This document shows, piece after piece, positions 1-11,102 of a DNA stretch of 64,000 nt. The notes under the pieces are model-generated. The model did no database searches, was not told the DNA's origin, and saw nothing but the letters and a program-made list of their open reading frames with translations. How positions within the stretch are numbered: position 1 is the stretch's first letter; each line of letters opens with the position of its first letter. The DNA is from Rebecca billardiae RCC1528 (Eukaryota; Protista; Haptophyta). Made by a program: the position numbers and the translations under genes. Location of the stretch: assembly GCA_965240325.2 (NCBI GenBank), contig OZ251238.1:868001-932000 (forward strand), given 5' to 3'.

Positions 1-1470
1 CTCACGCAGGAGCTCGGCACGAGCCGGACCAAGGTTGTGGTGAAACTTACGACGAACTTTGGCGCCGGCGAGGCGCCCGTGAACCCGACGGCGCGGCTCA
101 CGCCAAACAATGGGCCGGGCACGCCGGTTTCGCTCGACGCGGTGTCGGACTGCCTAGGCGTGCCCGTCGTCGCCGACCCGTACAACCACGTGCCGCCGGC
201 GCCGCCGCCGTCGCCACCGCCGCCGCCGATCACGCCGCGCAGCCCGCCCGCCGCGCCGCCGCAGCCGCCGCCGAGCGAGAGCGACCCCAACCTGCTGCTC
301 GACCCGCAGGTGGCGCCCGGGGCGGGCGTCTTCAGGCCCAACGACGACCTCAACGTCGGTGGCGAGAGCACGGCGGGCACGAACAACGTGATCGACATCC
401 GCGACCTGTGGGACGTCATCCGGGAGGCCCTGGCCGACCCGCGCACGGGCGCGTGGACGCTCGGCGGGATCGTCTTCGGCGGCATCTTTGTGATCGGCCT
501 CATCGCCGGCGGTGTGTGGTACATCGTCACGCGCCGCCGGCGCAAGCGCGAGAGCACTTTCAGGGAGCTCTTCATCCCCGCGTTCGGCCTGGGCGGCTTT
601 CGCCTGCAGATTCGCCCACTCCTCGCCGCCAAGCCACTTGCCGTGGTTCCCCCGCCGCCGGCGGCGCCGCCCGTTCAGGTGGAGCGGCCGACCACCGACT
701 ACTCGTGGAGCTTCCTGCCCGGAGGGTCGAAGAAGCGCCCCGGGAGGCGCCCAAGCCTCGGCGATCCCAACGACCTGCGCGACGTGCCCGTCTCGGCGAG
801 CGGGATGCCCGTCGTGCTCGTGCAAAGCCCGCCGCAGCACTCGCGCCGGAGCTTCGGCGGCGGCGTCCGGCTGACGCCGCTGCCGAGCCCTGTCGGGAGG
901 ACCCCGAGCCTCGGCGGCAACCGGCCGACCAAGCTCCCCGCCACCCTGGACGATGACGTGTCCAGCCCGACGACCACGCCCGCCATCCAGAGCCGACGCC
1001 CGGGCGCGCTCCCCTTGACGCTCAGCCCCGACACGTCGCCGCAGGCCGCCGCGAGGCGCAGGCCCCCGCCGCCCGCCAGCCAGGAGGGTGTAGCCTCGAC
1101 CACGTTCCGTACGCGCCTGTCGTTCCTGCCGGCCTCGCCCCCCAAGATCCCCCGGCGCAGCTTGGACCGCAAAGACACGGGCGGGCGTCGCATCCTGCAT
1201 CAACCGGGTGGCAAGATCACGATCGGCCAGCTCGATAAGCCGCTCCGGCCGCCGTCCGACTCGGGCGCATCCGACTCGCTCGTGAGCTCGAGAATGGGAC
1301 CTCAGCCTCCGGATCCCGGCAAGGGCAACGCCACGCCCACGAACAAGCCGCCCTGGCGGCCGCCGCCGCCGCCGCCGTCCGATTCGAGCTCATCCGGCTC
1401 GCACGTGAGCTCCAGAACGGTGCCTCTGCCTCGGGATTCAGGCAAGGGCAACAACCCGCCGCCCAAGTAA
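1..1470 (+). CDS. Proline-rich single-pass membrane protein, 5' truncated by window edge
   Basis: Frame open from base 1. PPSPPPPP linker, hydrophobic segment WTLGGIVFGGIFVIGLIAGGVWYIV followed by basic stop-transfer TRRRRKR, Pro/Ser-rich cytosolic tail. GC3-biased codons. Confidence 0.75.
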   Translation, partial: LTQELGTSRTKVVVKLTTNFGAGEAPVNPTARLTPNNGPGTPVSLDAVSDCLGVPVVADPYNHVPPAPPPSPPPPPITPRSPPAAPPQPPPSESDPNLLLDPQVAPGAGVFRPNDDLNVGGESTAGTNNVIDIRDLWDVIREALADPRTGAWTLGGIVFGGIFVIGLIAGGVWYIVTRRRRKRESTFRELFIPAFGLGGFRLQIRPLLAAKPLAVVPPPPAAPPVQVERPTTDYSWSFLPGGSKKRPGRRPSLGDPNDLRDVPVSASGMPVVLVQSPPQHSRRSFGGGVRLTPLPSPVGRTPSLGGNRPTKLPATLDDDVSSPTTTPAIQSRRPGALPLTLSPDTSPQAAARRRPPPPASQEGVASTTFRTRLSFLPASPPKIPRRSLDRKDTGGRRILHQPGGKITIGQLDKPLRPPSDSGASDSLVSSRMGPQPPDPGKGNATPTNKPPWRPPPPPPSDSSSSGSHVSSRTVPLPRDSGKGNNPPPK

Positions 1471-2024
1471 CCAGCCGTCGCCGCCGCCATCGCCGTCCGT
1501 CGCAACCGAGTCCGAGTCCGACCGTCCCCGGACAGCCGCGGACAGGCAGAAGTGACGACGCATCCGAACTCGATCAAGGCAGGGTCAGGGCCCGCGGCCC
1601 CGCAACTCCTGCGCGGCGCCGTTCCGGCGGTTCTTTCCACTTCCAGCACGGGCGGCTCAGCACCTGTTTGCACACATCATGTCCATGGTGATGGTGCCCC
1701 CGGACCGTGATGCCCATGGCCACTACGGGCTGCCATATGAGTCATCATCCGTCCATGTCATCAGTCAGCTTGAGCACAGCATGCATCCGCGCCATCATCG
1801 TACGTCCGATCGCGGACGCAGAGTGTGATATGACTGATGAATCGCCGCGATGCCCGATGATCTGATTCTGATGAGTAACACCCGTAGTTCAGAAAAAACG
1901 CCAGTCTGCGGCGGAGCGCAGTCAGACGACGCTCGGAGTCGGAGTACCCAGGGTAAGTTACTTGCCCCCTGGCCGTACTCGTCCGTGCCCAGGGGTGCAA
2001 GCCAGCCGTTGGGAGAGGCGCCAC

Positions 2025-2459
2025 CTAGCGCAGCATCGACTGTGCCGACGGCGCGATCCCGAATGAGGGGTAGCAGAAGATGAAGAACTTCCCAAATGTG
2101 ATCGGGACACCGTCCGCACCGGGCGGGCACGAGCAGCTCTCAACGCAGCAGCAGACCTGATCCTGCGTCGCGGAGGGGTCGAGGAGTGGTGACGAAGACG
2201 GTCAGGTCACATGCCCGCGCGGGCGCACAGCCCCCTCGCTTACGCGCGCACGAACCTGCATTCTGAACACGGGCTTGAAGCCGCCGATGTTGCAGTCGCA
2301 CAGAATGAACTTCTTGGGAGATTCGCCGAGCTTTAGGCAGTAGCTGCACTCGAAGCAGAAGATATGCCAGCTGCCGGAGAAGCCGATGCACGCGGGGATG
2401 TCGATGTAGAGCGAAGTGTTGCAGCAGATGCACCCGTCAAAGCCGAGGAGGCCGCCCAT
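2025..2459 (-). CDS. Small (113 aa) cysteine-rich protein, 2 exons (2459-2256, 2162-2025)
   Basis: ATG at 2459. CAG|GTTCG donor and CGCAG|GAT acceptor join in frame: MGGLLGFDGCICCNTSLYIDIPACIGF...FRMQ-DQVCCCVESCSCPPGADGVPITFGKFFIFCYPSFGIAPSAQSMLR*. Confidence 0.7.
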
Positions 2460-2713
2460 TGCGCAATGCTCACCGCGCAACGATCGTCGGCCGCGGCTCG
2501 CAACTGACGACAAGCCTCCCCGTCCGGTACGGTTAACGGTACGTACAGTTTACTAAGAATAAGAGACGCGTATGATCGTACCCACACACAGTACTGATGT
2601 GCTGCTAAAATCTACGACGACATGATCGATATACGCCTTAAACCAAGTGTGCACGTTAAATCATAGTAAACTGTACAACATCGATACAGTATCGAGAATC
2701 GATCGAAATCTCG

Positions 2714-4045
2714 ATGAAATCGAATGCCTCGGCCGCAATCAAGATGCGGGCGAGCGGCGCGTCCTGGCTCGCGGTGTGCATGGCCGCCTCCGTGGCGTCC
2801 AAGCGGTGGAACCTCCCCGACGGCGAGGTTTGCGTTAGCGAGCTGAGCGCCGGGCCGCAGAGCACAAACGGCCGCGTGCCGCGCAACGAGAGCGAGCTGC
2901 GCCCCGTCCCGCGGGAGGTGCTGCGCTGCGGCGACGGCGGCACGTTCCTGCCCCGCGTGGCCAACGGCACGTCCAATGTTCTGCGGACCTTCGGCGCCGG
3001 CCTGCTCGTCTTCACGCCCGTCGCCAAGTCGGGCACGTCGACGATGCGCGCGGTCCTCAGCGCGTACATGCGCCGGGAGGCGCGCGAGCGGCACGCGCCG
3101 CGCTTTCTCCGTCTGCACGCCGGCCTGCGGTGCTACTCGCGCGGGTACTGCGGGCGCTTCGCGGAGGCCGGCGCGGACGAGCTGCACCGGCACACCGTCG
3201 TGCAGGGCGCGTACGCCCACTGCCGCGTGCTCTGGGCGAGCGAGCAGGGCGAAGCACGCCCGTGCGTGCACGTGATGCTGCTGCGCCACCCGGTCGAGCG
3301 GATGGTGAGCGACTACCGCTGGTTCTGCACGGGCTGCGCCGAGGCGTGCAGTCACTGCGGCCACCCGATCTTCCGCACGACCCCGTTCGGCCGACGCTGC
3401 CCCCAGCTCTCCCTGCTCGAGTACGCCTCCCTGGTGGGCAACGTGTACGCGGAGGAGCTCTCGGGCATGAACGCGTGCAGGGCGTGCGCGCCGCCCGTCG
3501 TCTTCTCCGACTTTGGCGTGCCGCTGCCGTTCAAGAAGCAATGCACCGGCGTGCAGCGCCGCGTGCGCCCCGACGAGCCGGGCCTCGAGCCCGGCGCGTA
3601 CGCGCGCGCCAAGGAGGCGCTGCTCTCCGACGATCTCTTCCCGATCGTCCTCGAGAACGTGACGCAGGCGCACGGCAGCTGCCTGAGCGTGCCGCTCGTG
3701 CTGGGCGAGCGCTTCGACTGGCCGTTCATGCGCGAGCACAGCGGCACGGCGCTGGCGAGCACGCACGCGAACGACAACTCGGCGAGCAAGAGCGCGCCGC
3801 GCAACACGCCCACCGCGGCCGAGCTCGAGTCTCTGCACGAGCTGCTGCGTGTCGATCTGGCGCTGTACGCGCACGCGGTGCGCAAGTTTGGGCGGTACGT
3901 GCACGACACGCCGCGCCTCCGCGAGAGCGTGACGCGTGCCGGCGCAGCGGGTGGCGACTGTGAGGACGGCTCGAGCCGAGCAGCCGAGCGCGCGATGCCA
4001 TCGTCGGATCATCGCGCTGCTGATGATGCTGATGCTGCGCTATAA
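2714..4045 (+). CDS. Carbohydrate sulfotransferase (Sulfotransfer_2-like), secreted/Golgi
   Basis: 5'-PSB motif VFTPVAKSGTSTMR, 3'-PB motif LLRHPVERMVSDY, C-terminal DLALY. Hydrophobic N-terminus; true start may be Met at 2744. Confidence 0.85.
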   Translation: MKSNASAAIKMRASGASWLAVCMAASVASKRWNLPDGEVCVSELSAGPQSTNGRVPRNESELRPVPREVLRCGDGGTFLPRVANGTSNVLRTFGAGLLVFTPVAKSGTSTMRAVLSAYMRREARERHAPRFLRLHAGLRCYSRGYCGRFAEAGADELHRHTVVQGAYAHCRVLWASEQGEARPCVHVMLLRHPVERMVSDYRWFCTGCAEACSHCGHPIFRTTPFGRRCPQLSLLEYASLVGNVYAEELSGMNACRACAPPVVFSDFGVPLPFKKQCTGVQRRVRPDEPGLEPGAYARAKEALLSDDLFPIVLENVTQAHGSCLSVPLVLGERFDWPFMREHSGTALASTHANDNSASKSAPRNTPTAAELESLHELLRVDLALYAHAVRKFGRYVHDTPRLRESVTRAGAAGGDCEDGSSRAAERAMPSSDHRAADDADAAL

Positions 4046-4307
4046 TAATAAGGCGGTGCCGCCGTATATATGGCTCATCGGGCGGCTCGGCCGCGACGAT
4101 GACCCGTCACGGATATAGCTAGCGCGCAGCGCAGATATATGATTATTCGCGCCATCACGGTAGATCGATCGATGAGTCGATGCTGTAGTCATCAGTTGAT
4201 GCATCATGCTGTAATATGGGCTCATAGGACTGCTGCTGCGTCGTGCTGTCTACTCGGCTGAGCGCCCCGGTGCCGCTGAGGCACAGGGCGGCGGTTACGA
4301 GTGTCGA

Positions 4308-7187
4308 TCACGCGCCGTCCAGGTCGTCAGCCGGGGGCGTGCCCACCGACGTCATCGCGCCGTCGTGATCGCCCACGTCGCCGCTGCTCTGTTCGCCCGA
4401 GCTGCGGCGCGCGCCGCCGCCGCGGGCCGTCGCGGCGAGCCGCGCGCGCGTGCCGCCACCGCTCGCACTGCCTGTGCCGCTGCCGGCGCTGCCGGAGCGG
4501 CGCTCGCGCTCGGCAGGGCGCAGGGGCGGCGTGAGGGTGGCGCCCGCGGCGCCGGACGGCGAGCCGTCAGGCCTGTGCGGCCCTCCGACTTCCGAGGGCG
4601 CGTCCCTCGCCGTGGGCGACGGAGCGGGCGGCCCCCGCGAGCGCGGCGGCGGCGGCGGTCCCGGTGGCAGCGCCGTCGCACCGCCAGCGCCGCCGCTCCC
4701 GCCGGCCGGCCTGGCCGGCGCGGCGAGTGGCGCAAAGCCGCCTGGTGACGCGCCTGCCTCCGGCTGCTGCGCGGCGCGCGGGCCGCCGAGCAGTGGCGTG
4801 GCCACATCGCGCGCTGGCGTGAGCTCGCGGTGAGCGTCCGCCCGCGCCGCCGCGCGCGCGCGCGCGGCCGCTCCGGAGGCGGGCGTCATCGGCCGCTGCG
4901 CCGCCGAGCGCGGTGCCGCGGTGCCCGCCGCACCGCCGCCGCGCGCGCCGAGTCGCGCGGCGCGCTCCGCGTGCGCGCAGCAGCACAGCTGGCAGAGCAG
5001 TGCACGCGCGCTCGCCGCGACGCGCGCGAGCGCGGCGAGCAGCTGCGCGGCGAGCCGGCCGACGGGCGTGTGCCCGAGCCGCCGCGCCGCGCGCGCAAGC
5101 GCCACGCCGCCGTGCGCCGAGCGCGCGGCGGAGGAGTCGAGCCGCGCGATGGCTCGCTGCACGCGTGCCCCCATCAGCGGGCTGCGCTCGAACGGCGGGC
5201 GCTCGGGGCCGTACCGTGCGCCGCGGCGGCGATCGGCCGCGGGGCGGTGCAGGTACCCCCGGATGTACAGATCGCCGGACTCCGTCGTCACCGGGCGGAT
5301 GGACACGCCCGCGAGCGCGGCGCGCGCGCGCCCTTCCTCCAAGCTCGCACTGAGCGGCGCCGGCGATCGGAGAGCTGGAAGTCGGTCGGCAAGCGCTGGG
5401 CTCGGCGCGCCGCCGGAGCAGTGCTCGCCGCGCAGCATGGCGCGCGGCACGGCCTCCACGCTGCCCGGCGGCTCGTCGCCCGCGCCCTCGCCCGGCGCGC
5501 CCGCGCCCATGCCGGACGCGCCGCCGCCGCCGCCGCCGCGCCGTGGAATGGCGATGGGCGGTGAGCGCTGCGCGCTGAAGAGCCTTGCCTCGCGGCGCGC
5601 GGCGCGCCGCGCCGCCTTTGCGAGCGGCGAGCGCGCGGCGGGGCCCGGCGGCGGCAGCGGCACGGCGCCCACCCCGCCGAGCCCGAGCTCGGCGCTGCGC
5701 GCGAAGCGGCCGTGGCCGAGCGGCAGGAACGGCCCGGGGAAGCTGCGGAGCAGCGCCCAGCGCGTGCCAGCGAAGAAGGCATGCGATTTCACGTCGGCGC
5801 CGCCGCGCGGGCCGCTCCCGAGCCGCTCGGCGGGGCACTTCTCGAGCAGAGCGTCCACGAGCTCCCGCGCCGCGCGCGAGACCGGCGGCAGCCCGCTCCG
5901 CGCGGGCGTGGGCGGCGGCTCCCGCGGCGGCGCCGAGACGATCGCGCGGAGCAGCGTGCTCCGATCCGAGCCATCGAACGGCCTCTGCCCGTGGAGTGCC
6001 TCATAGAGGAAGCAACCCAGGGCCCACCAGTCTCGCTCCGGGTCCGCGCCCGACGCGGCGGCGGGCGGCGGGGTGGGCGGGGACGCGCGTGGCGTGCCGC
6101 CGCCGCCGCCGCCACCGCCGCCACCGCCGCCCTTGCCCCCGGGCCCACTGCCGCTGAGGATCGCGCGCAGCATCGACTGCCCAGGCGGCGCAGTCGGCGC
6201 CGGCGCCGCGGCGCCGCGCGCTCGCGCGGGCGGCGGCTCGGCCGCGGCGGGCGATGCGACCGGTGCGAGCTCTGCCGCGCGCTGGGCCGCGCCGGACAGC
6301 GAGGACGGGCCGGCTGGCGCGCCGCGCCCGCGACGCGGCATGGGGCTCGTCGCGGGCGGCTTCACCGCGCCCGCCACGCCCGCGCGCGCCGCCGCCGCCG
6401 AGCCCGCGCCACACCGCGCCGGCGGCGCGAGCGGCGGCGAGGGCTTCAGGTCAGCCGGCATGAAGCCGGGGGGCACGCTCAGCAGCACCTCGGGCGCGAG
6501 GTAGGGCAGGGTGCCCACGATGTACGGGCCCTCGGCGCGCATCCGCCTGGGCGTCGCGGGCAGCCGCGCCGGCCGCCGCGCGCCCAGCCGCAGCAGCCGG
6601 TCGCGCAGTCCGCGGAGGCCGCGGCGCGGCGGCGGCGGCGGCGGCGACTGCGCGTCGCGCGCCGCCGGCGGCGCGGCGAGCGCCGGGGGCGGCGGCTCGA
6701 CGATCGCGGCGAGGTCAAAGTCGGCGAGGCGCACGTGCCCCGCCGCCGAGAGCAGCACGTTCTCCGGCTTGAGGTCGCGGTAGATCACGCCGTGCACGTG
6801 CAGGAACTCGAGAGCGCACACGATCTCAGCCGCGTAGAACCGAGCGGCGCACTCGGGCATGCGCGCGTACGGCTGGCGCTGGAGCAGCTCGAAGAGGTCG
6901 CCGCCGGGCGCGTACTCGAGGACGAGGTACGCCCACCGCTCGTCCTGGAACGCGCTGCGCAGCCCGACCACGAACGGGTGCTCGATCATGCGCAGCACGC
7001 TCAGCTCGGTGAGCGCGCGCGACACGCGGCCGCGCCGCACGAGGTCGAGCTTGTCCATGCGCTTCACGGCGGCGAGCTCACCACTGTGGACGTGGCGCGC
7101 GAGGAAGACCGTGGCGATGTGCCCGTCGCCCAGGAGGCGCACGCGCTCCCACGCTTCCGAGGCCTCCGCCGCGCCGGCGGGCCGCAT
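4308..7187 (-). CDS. AGC-family Ser/Thr kinase with DFD motif (AGCVIII/phototropin-kinase/Fpk1-Nrc2-like), no LOV domains
   Basis: LGDGHIATVF, AAVKRM, RALTE, IYRDLKPEN, DFDLA, GTLPYLAPE, DWWALG, HAFFAGTRWALL. Long low-complexity insertions and C-terminal tail. Confidence 0.9.
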   Translation of the reverse strand: MRPAGAAEASEAWERVRLLGDGHIATVFLARHVHSGELAAVKRMDKLDLVRRGRVSRALTELSVLRMIEHPFVVGLRSAFQDERWAYLVLEYAPGGDLFELLQRQPYARMPECAARFYAAEIVCALEFLHVHGVIYRDLKPENVLLSAAGHVRLADFDLAAIVEPPPPALAAPPAARDAQSPPPPPPRRGLRGLRDRLLRLGARRPARLPATPRRMRAEGPYIVGTLPYLAPEVLLSVPPGFMPADLKPSPPLAPPARCGAGSAAAARAGVAGAVKPPATSPMPRRGRGAPAGPSSLSGAAQRAAELAPVASPAAAEPPPARARGAAAPAPTAPPGQSMLRAILSGSGPGGKGGGGGGGGGGGGTPRASPPTPPPAAASGADPERDWWALGCFLYEALHGQRPFDGSDRSTLLRAIVSAPPREPPPTPARSGLPPVSRAARELVDALLEKCPAERLGSGPRGGADVKSHAFFAGTRWALLRSFPGPFLPLGHGRFARSAELGLGGVGAVPLPPPGPAARSPLAKAARRAARREARLFSAQRSPPIAIPRRGGGGGGASGMGAGAPGEGAGDEPPGSVEAVPRAMLRGEHCSGGAPSPALADRLPALRSPAPLSASLEEGRARAALAGVSIRPVTTESGDLYIRGYLHRPAADRRRGARYGPERPPFERSPLMGARVQRAIARLDSSAARSAHGGVALARAARRLGHTPVGRLAAQLLAALARVAASARALLCQLCCCAHAERAARLGARGGGAAGTAAPRSAAQRPMTPASGAAARARAAARADAHRELTPARDVATPLLGGPRAAQQPEAGASPGGFAPLAAPARPAGGSGGAGGATALPPGPPPPPRSRGPPAPSPTARDAPSEVGGPHRPDGSPSGAAGATLTPPLRPAERERRSGSAGSGTGSASGGGTRARLAATARGGGARRSSGEQSSGDVGDHDGAMTSVGTPPADDLDGA

Positions 7188-7486
7188 CTTGATGAGCCGT
7201 GCGCCAAGCGCACCTGGAGCCGTGGAAAATGCGCGTCGGCGCGCAGTGCACGGAAAAACATCCCGCTCCAGGCTGGCGGCGGTTGGCAGGGATCCGGGCG
7301 CGCATCGGCATTCGGCAGTCGATCCGGCTGACGAGCGTGCGCAGCGGCTGCATCGGTTACAAAAGTGGTGCCCGCGCGCAAGTTGGGCTGTGCAAGCCGG
7401 CCGGTTGCACCTGCCGTCGAAGGTTGAGCGCGACGAGACGGACAGCCTCCACGGCGGTTAGAGTGCGCGTGAACGCTGGGCGGTCA

Positions 7487-9403
7487 ATGGAGACCGCAAC
7501 TGACGACACCTCGGCGATGGCGGGCGCTCACGCGGGCGCCGGTGCCACGCACGCGTCCTCGCACGCGTCTCCGACCGGCGCTGCCGCGCCGCCCGCCGGC
7601 CCCGCGCCTGCAACGCCGGGGCGGGCCGGCGCGCCGGCTGTTGACGGCGGCGCATCTCCCGCGTCGACGAGCCCGGCAGGCAGCAGCGTGCCGGGCGAGT
7701 CGGGGAAGAAGATCTCGTCGAACGTGAAGAAGGCGTGGTCCGCCGAGGAGGACGCCACGCTCCTACGCATGATCGAGGAGCACGGCGCGCAGAACTGGTC
7801 CACTATCGCGAGCCACCTCGAGGGCCGCGTGGGCAAGCAGTGCCGCGAGCGCTGGTTCAACCACCTGTGCCCCGAGGTGAAGAAGGGCGACTGGACGGCG
7901 GAGGAGGACCGTATCATCATGGAGTCGGTCAAGGAGCTCGGCACGTGCTGGTCCAAGATCGTCAAGCTGCTCCCTGGCCGCACGGACAACGCGATCAAGA
8001 ACCGGTACAACTCGACGATGCGCAAGAACCTGCGCGCGCTGCTCAAGCCCAAGCCCGCGCCGCCGGCGGAGGGCGAGGGCGAGGCCAAGCCGAAGAAGAA
8101 GAAGAAGAAGTCGAAGCCTGCCGCCGCCCGCGCCGCCGACGACGACGGCGCCGCCGCGCCCGCGGGCGCGGACGGCGCGGACGCTGAGTCGGCGGCCGCG
8201 CGCACGCCCGCGGGCGCCAAGCGCAAGGCCGGCGGCGCCGGCAGCAGCGGCAGCAAGGGGAAGGGGGCGAAGCGGCCCAAGTCGGCGGGCGCCTCCTCTG
8301 ACGGCGCCGCCTCGCCCAAGCCCTCCCCCGCCAGCGCCCTCGCCATCGCCATCTCCGCCGTCACCGAGGACGACGACGACGACAGCACGCACGTGCTGCC
8401 CGAGCTGTCGCGCGCACTCTACTCGCCCCTCTCCGAGCCGGGCTCCGCCAACAACCCGGAGGAGCGCGAGCGGCTGCGCGCGCTGCTGGACTGCTCGACG
8501 CCGCAGCTCGAGCTCGCGCCCGTCGGCGCGCGCTCCTCCACGCACGGCGGCGGGCTGCTCTCCTTCGGCCTCGGCTCCGTCAGCTCGGACGCGCACCGCA
8601 TGTCGACGGCCGTGAGCGGCCTCGGCGGCAGCGGCGGCGGCTTCCCCGGAGTCCACGAGAGCGACCTGCTCGACGCGGCGGACGCGTCGGCGGACACGGA
8701 CGAGCACGGGCTCGTCGTGATCGGCCGCTCGATGCAGCTCTGCTCCGGCACCTCGGACACCACCACGCGCACGCTCATGCTCTCGCCGTCCGACTCGCCG
8801 ACGACGATCCCAGCGGGCGCGATGCGGCGCGCGCCCGCGCCGAGCGCGTCGCAGCTCGGCCGCTCCGGCAAGGACACGAGCGCGGAGCTCGTCGTGCGCA
8901 TCCGGGGCAAGGGCCTGCCGCCGGTCGAGGCGCGCGGCAGCGTGCGCCGCGACTCGAGCACCGACGCCCTGCTCATGCCGCCGCCGCCAACGGGCGCGCG
9001 CCGGCAGCCGCGTGCGGGCGCGCCCACCCTCGCCGCGGGCTCCCTCCAGAACGAGGCCGACTCGGTCGCACGGCTGGCTGAGGACGAGGAGGAGCTGCGG
9101 AGGGCGGTGCAGAGCGTGCTGCAGGCGCGCGACGGCTCGGACGCGAAGAGCTACGACACGCGGCACGCGCCGCGCCCCGGAAAGATCGACCTCGCCGCGG
9201 CCGCGTCGGTTGGCGAGGCGCTCGGCCGCGCGCTCTACGGCAGCGGACGAGGCGCGCGGCTAACGCCCGGCGGCGCCGGCACGCCGCTCGACGAGCTGCG
9301 CGATATCGACTCGGCGGCGCTGGTCGAGTCGCTGATGCACTCGCCCGCGCTCACGCCGGGCGCGCTGCAGGCGCTCGAGAGGCACCTCGCGTTGGCGCAC
9401 TGA
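7487..9403 (+). CDS. R2R3 MYB transcription factor
   Basis: Two MYB repeats ([13 protein letters not shown]...[39 protein letters not shown]...[14 protein letters not shown]) and poly-Lys NLS. First ATG at 7487. Confidence 0.93.
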   Translation: METATDDTSAMAGAHAGAGATHASSHASPTGAAAPPAGPAPATPGRAGAPAVDGGASPASTSPAGSSVPGESGKKISSNVKKAWSAEEDATLLRMIEEHGAQNWSTIASHLEGRVGKQCRERWFNHLCPEVKKGDWTAEEDRIIMESVKELGTCWSKIVKLLPGRTDNAIKNRYNSTMRKNLRALLKPKPAPPAEGEGEAKPKKKKKKSKPAAARAADDDGAAAPAGADGADAESAAARTPAGAKRKAGGAGSSGSKGKGAKRPKSAGASSDGAASPKPSPASALAIAISAVTEDDDDDSTHVLPELSRALYSPLSEPGSANNPEERERLRALLDCSTPQLELAPVGARSSTHGGGLLSFGLGSVSSDAHRMSTAVSGLGGSGGGFPGVHESDLLDAADASADTDEHGLVVIGRSMQLCSGTSDTTTRTLMLSPSDSPTTIPAGAMRRAPAPSASQLGRSGKDTSAELVVRIRGKGLPPVEARGSVRRDSSTDALLMPPPPTGARRQPRAGAPTLAAGSLQNEADSVARLAEDEEELRRAVQSVLQARDGSDAKSYDTRHAPRPGKIDLAAAASVGEALGRALYGSGRGARLTPGGAGTPLDELRDIDSAALVESLMHSPALTPGALQALERHLALAH

Positions 9404-10070
9404 GAGCGAGCCGGCGCGGCCAGGGCGTGGCGCAGCGGCCGCGGGGCGAGTGGGACCGTGAGGGCCAGCTCGCGCCGCGGGCCGTGCGCGCGCGCGCGCG
9501 CGCGGAGCCCTGACTCGACGCGCGGCTCGGCTTCCGATGCCGCACTGGCTCCACGGCGCGTCCGTGCTGCGGTCCGCCCTCGACGGCCATCGCGAGACCG
9601 TGCCGCAGTCCGATGGCTCCAGCCAGCCCGGCGCCGCCGCTGGCCGGAAGCGGCCTCGATTGCCCGCTGGGCTCGCGTGCGGCCCGTGCCGTGGAGATGA
9701 CTTGGATCAGGCTGCGGCCATTCCGCATTCGTCAGAGCAGGTCATCTGACGACGGGCAGCAAAATCCGGTGATCAAACTTTTAGAAATGCAGCGGGTTTT
9801 TCACCGCTTTTTTGATGGCAAATGCCAAATGGCGCCGTTCGTGCCGAGGACCGGTGCCGAGCGAGCGTGAGATGAAAATGACTGCCAAGGTCCGGGTGGA
9901 AAGTTTCGGAGGAGTTCGACGAATCGACGGCGGATCCGGCAATCTCACGTGCGTCCGCACGGGCGGCAAACGGGCGCAAACCGTCCCGCGCGAACGCCTG
10001 ACTTCGGTCCACCACGAGAACCGACCGAGGAACAGTCCGCGCGCAACCCGTCCGCCCGCCCGCCCGCCCG

Positions 10071-11102
10071 ATGGTCCTGACGGCGCCCTACCAGCAGTAC
10101 ACGGCTCTCGTGTACGGTGCCGGCGTGCTCCTCCCCATCACGTCGCTCTTGCGCGCCGCTCTTGGGCTGCCACTCGGCCTCGCGCTGCTGCCGCTCATGT
10201 GTGCTGGCTGGGTTCGGCTCTACTACGCGACGACGCGCGCATTCCCGGGCCTCAAGATGACCGCGCTCAAGATCGTGACGGTGCGCGCCGAGCTGCACGC
10301 GATGGGTCTGCGCGAGGACCCCGCCTCCGCCGCCCTCCTCCGCTCTCTGCCGTGGGTGCCGGCGTGGGCGCGCCAGGCGATTGTCTCACACCTGCCACTC
10401 GCAAGCCTCACACCCTGGTTCGCGTTCCCGCTCGAGGGGCGGCGGCTCGAGCGCGCGATGACCGCGGACAAGGGCGTCGGCATGGTCGTCGCGCTGCGCT
10501 CGCAGCTCATCGACCGCACCCTGCGCGCGAGCGCGTCCAAGCAACTCGTCATCCTCGGCGCCGGCCTCGACACGCGCGCGCACGGCGCCCTCGGCGCCGG
10601 CCGGCGTGTGTTTGAAGTGGACCTACCCGCGACACAGGCGGCGAAGCGTGAGGCAGTGCGCGCCGCGGGCCTGGACGACTCGCACGTGACCTACGTAGGC
10701 GTCGACTTCGACTCGGACGGCGGCGCGTCGTGGCTCGACCAGCTCGTCGCCGCAGGCTTTGATCGTGCCGCTCCGGCCGTCTATATCTGGGAGGGAGTCA
10801 CCTACTATCTCCCAGAGGCGGCGGTGGATCAGACTGTGGAGCTGGTGAAGCAGTGCGCGCCCGGCACGGTGCTTGCGCTGGACTACTTCACGGCCGAGCT
10901 GGTGAGCGGCGAGCTCTTCCCGTTCGGCTCGCGCGAGCTCAAGGGCTGGGCAGAGCCCCTTCGCTCGTGGATCGGCGCCGCTGCGGACGAGGAGCCCGCA
11001 CGCGCGTGGGCGGAGGCGCACGGCCTTATCCTGCGCGACTGGATGTGCGGTGGGCCGAAGGGCGCCCGGTGGGGTGGGGCGTGTGCCGTTGAGGTGCGCT
11101 AG
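10071..11102 (+). CDS. SAM-dependent methyltransferase (LCM/YktD/Rv0731c-like) with N-terminal hydrophobic segments
   Basis: QLVILGAGLDTRA, VFEVDLPATQAAKR, VGVDF, IWEGVTYYL motifs. Confidence 0.88.
   Translation: MVLTAPYQQYTALVYGAGVLLPITSLLRAALGLPLGLALLPLMCAGWVRLYYATTRAFPGLKMTALKIVTVRAELHAMGLREDPASAALLRSLPWVPAWARQAIVSHLPLASLTPWFAFPLEGRRLERAMTADKGVGMVVALRSQLIDRTLRASASKQLVILGAGLDTRAHGALGAGRRVFEVDLPATQAAKREAVRAAGLDDSHVTYVGVDFDSDGGASWLDQLVAAGFDRAAPAVYIWEGVTYYLPEAAVDQTVELVKQCAPGTVLALDYFTAELVSGELFPFGSRELKGWAEPLRSWIGAAADEEPARAWAEAHGLILRDWMCGGPKGARWGGACAVEVR

Noticed and set aside
7199-7486. N-terminal extension of the MYB ORF, and similar GTG/TTG-started extensions at 11431, 26605, 47179, 50362 and 59793
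   Set aside because: Non-ATG starts running through promoter DNA; the first in-frame ATG gives a more plausible eukaryotic start.
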